A stretch of 64,000 nt of DNA from the human T2T-CHM13v2.0 reference genome, Homo sapiens, in the NCBI RefSeq assembly GCF_009914755.1, contig NC_060942.1; one strand, given 5' to 3'. Every line of letters begins with the position of its first letter. Position 1 is the stretch's first letter. The notes beneath the pieces were generated by a model, which was given only the letters and a program-made list of their open reading frames with translations, did not search any database and was not told the DNA's origin. This document shows, in pieces, positions 57,785 through 64,000 of this stretch. The translations under genes and the position numbers were made by a program.

Positions 57785-58181
57785 GTATCAGTTTGCTAGG
57801 GGTGCCATAACAGAGTAGCACAGACTGGCTGAAACAACAGACATTTTGTTTTCTCACAATTCTGGAGGTTAGAATTCCAAGATCAAGGTGTGTGTTGGCA
57901 GGGTTGGTTTCTTCTGCGATCTCTCTCCATGGCTTCTAGATACTACTTTCTTCCAGTGTCTTCAAAATGGTATTCCCTCTGGAACAAATTTCTTCTTCCA
58001 GCAGGACACTAGTCACATTGGATTAGGGCCTATGCTAATGACTTCATTTTAACTTAATTACTTCTTTCAAGGTTCTATCTCCAAATATAGTCATGTTCTG
58101 AAGTACTGGGAATTAGGACTCCAACACACGAATTTGATGGTTGCGGGGGGGGGGGTGGTGGTCATAATTCGGCCCATAACA
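57785..58181 (-). mobile_element. MLT1B-like LTR nested just after the ERVL RT catalytic motif
   Basis: gtatcagtttgctaggggtgccataac...cattggattagggcc...aattcggcccataaca. Confidence 0.9.
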
Positions 58182-60956
58182 CAGACTAAACCTGCTGAGC
58201 AGGAAGTTGCAACTACCCTAGACACATTGGTGAGACACTGCATGTCAGAGGACAGAAAATGAAAATAAGTCCTCCAAAAATTTAGAGGTCTTTCATTTTG
58301 GTGAAGTCACTGATGGTCCAATAGTCTGGGACATATCAAGATACTACTTCTAAGGTGAAGGTCAGGTTGTGGAATCTGTTCCCAATCACTAAGAAAGATG
58401 TATCAATGTCTAATAAATTTCATCAGATGCTGGAGACAACATGTACCTCATCTGGGCCCATGACTTCAACTCATTTGCTAAGTGACCTAAACACTTGCCA
58501 GTTTTGAGTGGGGTCCAGAACAAGGAAAGGCTCTACAGTAGTGCGGGCTCTACATGGACAGTGAGACCCAGCACATGTGATGTGTTTATCTAGGTGGCAG
58601 ACTGAGATGCTGGTTGGTGCTTTGGGCAAGTTGATAAGAGAATCACAGTGCAAACACTCAAGATTCTGGAGCAAGACCATATTGTCTTCTGTAGGTGTCT
58701 ATTTATTTACCTTTGGAGAAACAGCTGTTGGCCTTAGCAGCTGACTGCTTGAACTTGGACCACTAACTTGCCATGTGAGCTGAGTTTTTCATCATGACAA
58801 GGTGTTGGCTGATCCAATGAGCCATAAATTTGGACATGTACAGCAGCAGCCTTCCATTGTTAAATGAAGTAATATGTATGGGATTTGGCTTGATTAGGTC
58901 TTCAGGGAACTAGTAAATTGCATGAGAAAGTACCCTAGATGCCTCTGACCTGTACTTCTGATACATTACCTTCTCCCTTTCAGTACGGCCTCATGAGGAG
59001 GTCTCTATGATGAGTCGTCTTGGGAAGAAAAAATGTGGTCATTTCTGCCTGTGGAATTCATTTCACTTTAACAGCATGCAATTCATTCGTCTCACCATTA
59101 GTCTTCCCCATCCTCCTGAAGCAGCTAGCTTGATTGAAGAGTAGAATGGCATTTGGAAGACTCCAGTACAGTCCCAGCCTAGGCTGGGCCCTATCTACCC
59201 AGATGGTAACTGTCTGCAGGGCTTGGACAAAATATGTATCGGGATCTAATATAAAGCACTATTTCTCCCATAATAAGGATTCATGGGTCTGAGAATCGAG
59301 GGGTGAAATGAGAGGAACCTCCTTTCATTATTATTCCTAGTAACCCACAAACAAAATTCTTCCTTCTAGTCTCTGCCCCTTTAGGCTCTGCTGGTCTAGA
59401 TATCTTATTCCAAAGGGAGAAACCCTTCTATCAGGCACCACCTGGCCACTTTGAGTTCCTCACGCCACTAAATCAACAAGCAAAGAAGGGGTTGCTGCAC
59501 CTGCCGGGGCATTTAATCCAGATTACCAAGGAGAAATCAAGTGGCTTCTATATATCAGGGGTGAGGAGAGGTTGTCTAGAATACAGCATGCCCTCTGAGT
59601 TGCCCCTCAGCTCTCAGATTTTCTGTGATTAAGGTCAATGGAAAATTATAACAACCTGATTCAAACAGAACCTTTCCAAAAAGAAAATTTACATCACCTC
59701 ATTAGGCAAGGAACAATGACCAGCTGGGAATTGCTGAGGGCAAAGAGAATATGACATGGGAAGTGGAAGGAGGTGGTTATAAATACAGTTACGATCATAT
59801 GACCAGTAGTAGAAACAAGGATTGTAATAGTCATGAGTATTTCTACTTTAGTTTTGAAATGAATATATATTTATATATGCACATACACACGTGTTATGCA
59901 TAGTATAAATATTTTTGTTTTTTTAACCTCTCTTATCCCCTTAGTATCTACCGTAAGCTGTGTTAGCAGAACTTAACATAGCATTATGTTAAACAGAAGC
60001 TTGCCTTAGATACCATCTTTATTTGGTGATCAAGTGTGGTTCAGGATTATAGCACCAGGTGTATGGCTGCTGGTGGCCGCAGGTAGCCTCTTGCGGCTTT
60101 CTAATGTGTCAGCTTGGCTATGCAGAATACCTTCAAATTCCTGCCCTGCGTTATTCCTCTGAAGATGAACCACAAAGGGATCTCATGTGAGAGTGAGGGC
60201 AGAATTCAAGATGCAGACATTTGCAGCTCACACACACGGCTGACCTCGACATCTCCTCACTGGGAGGCATGGCTGGGCCTGAAGATGCTCCACCTTTATC
60301 TAGGTCCTCTTGCTGCTTCTCAGTCAGATTTTGGGTTTAGCACCATCAGGAAGCCTTTGGAAGGGCTCTCAAAGCACCAAGATCAGTGGCAACAAGAACT
60401 GAGATGGGTTTCAAGCTCAGGCAGCAGATGCAAAGCTCAGGCAACAGATGCAAAGACCATAGCCTTACAGAGATGTTCAACCTGCTCCCACCCACTGTGT
60501 AAATTCAAAGTCTCGTAGTAAATGTGTGTCGGTGCGGTGGGGGGATGGGGAGATTGAGAGGGTACACATCTAGTGTTACTGCTTCAAAGATACATTATAC
60601 TTTTTAATTTAGCTGTCTCTGGACATATAACATTTTCGTGTTTTTTTTTTTAATTTTCATGGAAACATAGCGGAAATGTTTACTTTGTCATAATTAATAT
60701 ATGAAAAATATGATTTTTTAATTTGTATGTGTGTATAGTCATTCATAAGTAACTGCTGATGAACACAGCAGCCTCTATTTGAATGTTTTTTAAGGGCAGA
60801 ATTATTTGGGTATTTGTGACGTTCTTTTGTTTATTTTTTGAAAATTCTATCTTATCTATCTATCCATTCATTGATTTACTCAGTGATTCTTTCATTCAAA
60901 CTCTTATTGAGCTTTGAGCTGAGGCAACACAATTTCAACTCTTAAAAATGTTATCA

Positions 60957-61084
60957 GACTGAGAGTGGTGGTTTATGCCTATAATCCCAGCACACTGGGA
61001 GACCAAGGGCATATTTGCTTGAGGCCAAGAGTTTGCGACCAGCCTAGGCAACATAGCAAAACCCTGTCTCTACAAAGAAAAAAA
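60957..61084 (+). mobile_element. FLAM / AluJ left monomer
   Basis: gcctataatcccagcac...gcttgaggccaagagtttgcgaccagcctaggcaacatagc; imperfect TSD aaaaatgttatca/aaaaatgtcatta. Confidence 0.85.
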
Positions 61085-63354
61085 TGTCATTAGATTTGCA
61101 ATAGATAGATAAATTGATTTAATTCATTCATAGTGTAATTCTGTACATTAAGCATCAAACCTAAGTTTATACAGTGTCTTGTGTGGCCAGGATGGAGGAT
61201 GAAATTAACACCTCAAGAAAAGTCAGTATATGCTTCAAAGACCTGTTGATCCGGATTGTGTAAGAATTAGTGATACTCTGATATATTCTAAGCAACAGTA
61301 CTCAGATATTATGTATTAATAAATACTTTCCTGAAAAAATTGTAAGCTGTCTACATAAACAACTGTTGTTTTCCAAGTTGAATAAAAGGGATAAACCTTT
61401 CAGTCTAGGCTCATGGCTTTTCAGCAAAATTTATTAATTTATTATTAGTAGCAAAAGCCTTTTTAAAATCTCCATTAGCCAGTTTTGTCCAAATCTTTCT
61501 TATCCATATTTGATATCAAGGTTTTCATCTCACATAAAGGCATTTTGCATCTAAGTCACTTGAGACAGTACTTTAACGACCCACATACAATGCTGCTGTA
61601 GTGCATTCTATCCAAAGGCATAATGCATATTTCTATCACATTTGATAATTTTTAAAAATCTCTGGCTGAAGATTCAAGATTACTCAATTAAAAAATATAC
61701 TGTTTACTGTATTTGCTTTTTAAATAAAAGCATTTATTTTAAAACTTTTTAAACCTATATAAAAGTTACAAGAAGAGTACAATTGATGATTCTAGGTAGA
61801 GGGTACATAGGTATTATAAACATGTAGCCACAATTGCTTTGTCTATTTGTCTCTCCAAATATGCATAATAAGAAGTATTTATAATTGTTTTAACCACAAC
61901 ATATACCATGACCAAAAGCAGAACAATGGGGTCAGAGCCATGGTACATTTCCTCTTCCCTTTCTGACAGGCATCACCGCACTAGGGGCTGGCAATTTTAG
62001 CTCCCATTTTGTTTCCTTTTTCTTTTACCATCTGAAGTTATCCAATCCACTTTCCTAGGGAAGAAACTGCTTTTGATCACAAAAGTCCAATAATCTAGAA
62101 ATGAACTGCACCTGGTTATGAAAACACAGCTGAGTAGACACACCCTCTCATATGGTTGTGTGTGTGTGTGTGTGTTTTTCCTTACATTACTAAGTGGACA
62201 CCTAGGTAGACATTTCATATTTGGAACCAGTTACTGGTCATATAAAAACTTGTTTTACATTAGATATTGTAGAAGAAAGAAGCAAACTGTGACTATATTT
62301 TTGAATTTTAAATTTTGTTTTCTATACAAATTCCTCATGAAGATGAAGCCATAAGGTGTGAAACTTCAATGAATTGCGGCTCCCTAGGGCTGCCTCTACT
62401 CTGGACATCCCTAGCAGCAAAGGCTGATTTAAGTCAGTTTGAGCCCTTGCTCATCTCTAGAGGAAGGAACATAGAAAATAAAAGAAAAAAAAAGAGAGAG
62501 AGAAAGAATCCCAGCTGAACATAACCTACTTTCTTGTTTACAAGAATAAAAATCCCTTTCCTGAAGCTCCTCAGTGGTGCTAGCAGGCTTCCTCACTGTC
62601 CACTGGGGCTGCCTGTCATGAGGAGGCTGTGAAGCACATCATACTCTTGTACTGGATTTGACCTCTGAAGGCTCAGAAGGAAATTTCACAAAATCCAACT
62701 TCTTTCAGAGGCACTGGTGCTTTTATTCCTCCTAATAATCATTTCAACCATCAGTTCACAACTTGGAGTATACACCAAAACCCACTGCCAATCTTTTTTC
62801 TCTCTGTTCTGGCTTCAAGTGGGAGTTCATCCAAGACCAACCAAAAAGATTTGCTAAGGTTTATGTATGTTTTTGTAGATCATCTGAGGAGACACTCATG
62901 TAATTCTGATAGGCACCACTAGTTAAGCATCCCTGATTTAAAATATAGTAATTGTCACCACAAAGGCTAAAAATTTTAAACTGGCATTTGCAAAAGAGAT
63001 AATTACTTTTTCGTAGTATTTGAGGGTTGGAAATTATTTGGTTACATGAAAGTTTGCACAGTACTTGACATCAAATCTATTCTTATTTTCAATGACTACA
63101 CAAATGTTAAGATTTTAGATCCCAAGCTAACTAATGAAAGAAGTCATCCATGTTAAAATATGTTCAAAGCTAATGACACTTTTATGTTAATTACTTTTAT
63201 TTCTTACTGTGGAATCAGTAAGCACTTAAATGCTTTTGTAACATACATTTACAATCTTCAATTAAAATTAAATATATGCTTTCGATTTTTTTAATCAGAA
63301 AACGTAAACTCTAACACTCTGATGATAAAAACATCATGATGTAAAAACAACAGA

Positions 63355-63520
63355 TTCAACACTCATTTGACAAATATTTATTGAATGCATAGTACATGCC
63401 AAGCATGTTCTAAAACTGGGAATATAGCCTTGAAATAAAACAGATAAAGTCTCTGACTATTTGGAGCTTACAGTTAAAGTGCATTTGAGGATAGAAGCAG
63501 TCAGTAAATGAGCAGTTAAT
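63355..63520 (-). mobile_element. L2 3' end
   Basis: catttgacaaatatttattgaatgc...tgccaagc...ggagcttacag. Confidence 0.75.
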
Positions 63521-63524
63521 ATGT

Positions 63525-64000
63525 ATTTTAAAATTTATATAGAACCGGCCTGGCGTGGTTGCTCATGCCTGTAATCCCAGCACTTTGGGAGGCCAAGGCA
63601 GGCGGATCACAAGGTCAGGAGATTGAGACAATTCTGGCTAACATGGTGAAATCCCATCTCTACTAAAAATACAGAAAATTAGCCGGGTGTGGTGGCGGGT
63701 GCCTGTAGTCCCAGCGACTTGGGAGACTGAGGCAGGAGAATGGTGTGAACACAGGAGGCAGAGCTTGCTGTGAGCCGAGATTGTGCCACTACACTCCAGC
63801 CTGGGCGACAGAGCCAGACTCCATCTCAAAAAAAAAAAAAATTTTTATATAGAACCAATAAAGAACCCAAATAGCCAAGGCAATCCTAAGCAGAAAGAAC
63901 AAAGCTGGAGGAATCACATTGCCCAACTTCAAACTATACTGCAAGGCTACACTAACCAAAACAGCATGGTACTGGTACAAAAACAGGTACATAGACCAAT
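63525..64000 (+). mobile_element. L1PA (older) ORF2 fragment, interrupted by an AluY; runs off the window
   Basis: aatagccaaggcaatcctaagc...caaagctggaggaatcac...cttcaaactatact...catggtactggtac. Confidence 0.9.
63547..63842 (+). mobile_element. AluY
   Basis: ctggctaacatgg, gaatggtgtgaac, gagcttgc; TSD tttatatagaacc. Confidence 0.93.

Larger units (their letters stand above)
55950..59640 (+). pseudogene. ERVL protease/RT/integrase/dUTPase remnant
   Basis: Protease GSKLTILP (~55970); RT AEIVATIKDSRDAGV...GYWRMKADY*KFNQMGTPVAAVVPNV (~56240-56405); TVLQGFINS; VTVVYCTDIKL (~57750, equivalent to YIDD); integrase AASLIEE*NG (~59120); dUTPase PPGHFEFLTPLNQQAKKG...AGAFNPDYQGEI (~59440-59540). Confidence 0.85.
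52610..60585 (+). mobile_element. Ancient ERVL-class provirus (LTR52-like LTRs at ~52610-53584 and ~60089-60585) with decayed gag-pro-pol-dUTPase and nested insertions
   Basis: Both LTRs share atgtgtc..ttggcta..., catttg.agc.cacacac and cagatg..aagac...agcctta; the internal region starts with an ERVL-like gagtggttccagag; pol motifs are present (next feature). Confidence 0.85.

Noticed and set aside
60114-60518. 134-aa ORF
   Set aside because: Lies within the 3' LTR, has a non-ATG start and no domain.

Overview
This is AT-rich, repeat-dense primate DNA, almost certainly human: it carries an Alu with all six diagnostic changes of the human-specific AluYg6 subfamily. It looks intergenic or intronic. 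I found no intact protein-coding gene, rRNA, tRNA or CRISPR array, and most ORFs in the track lie in Alu, L1 or LTR repeats or are chance ORFs. Main content: about 14 Alu copies; a full-length L1PB (28986-35560, minus strand); a 5'-truncated L1PA10-13; a twin-primed L1PA3; many old L1M, L2, MIR and HAL1 fragments; MaLR LTRs (MST, MLT1, THE1); an MLT2A1 solo LTR; and an ancient ~8 kb two-LTR ERVL provirus (52610-60585) with several nested insertions. Three signals go beyond routine repeats: (1) a heavily decayed RING + TRAF-type zinc-finger pseudogene of the PDZRN3/PDZRN4/RNF151/RNF41 type at ~936-1520; (2) a higher-order minisatellite amplified from the reverse-transcriptase LPQG motif of the ERVL pol gene; (3) an unexplained ~550 bp insert between a MER58 end and its 8-bp target-site duplication (TSD). 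I cannot support a new functional system from sequence alone. All repeat family calls are by-eye recall of consensus sequences, and boundaries of old elements are approximate.
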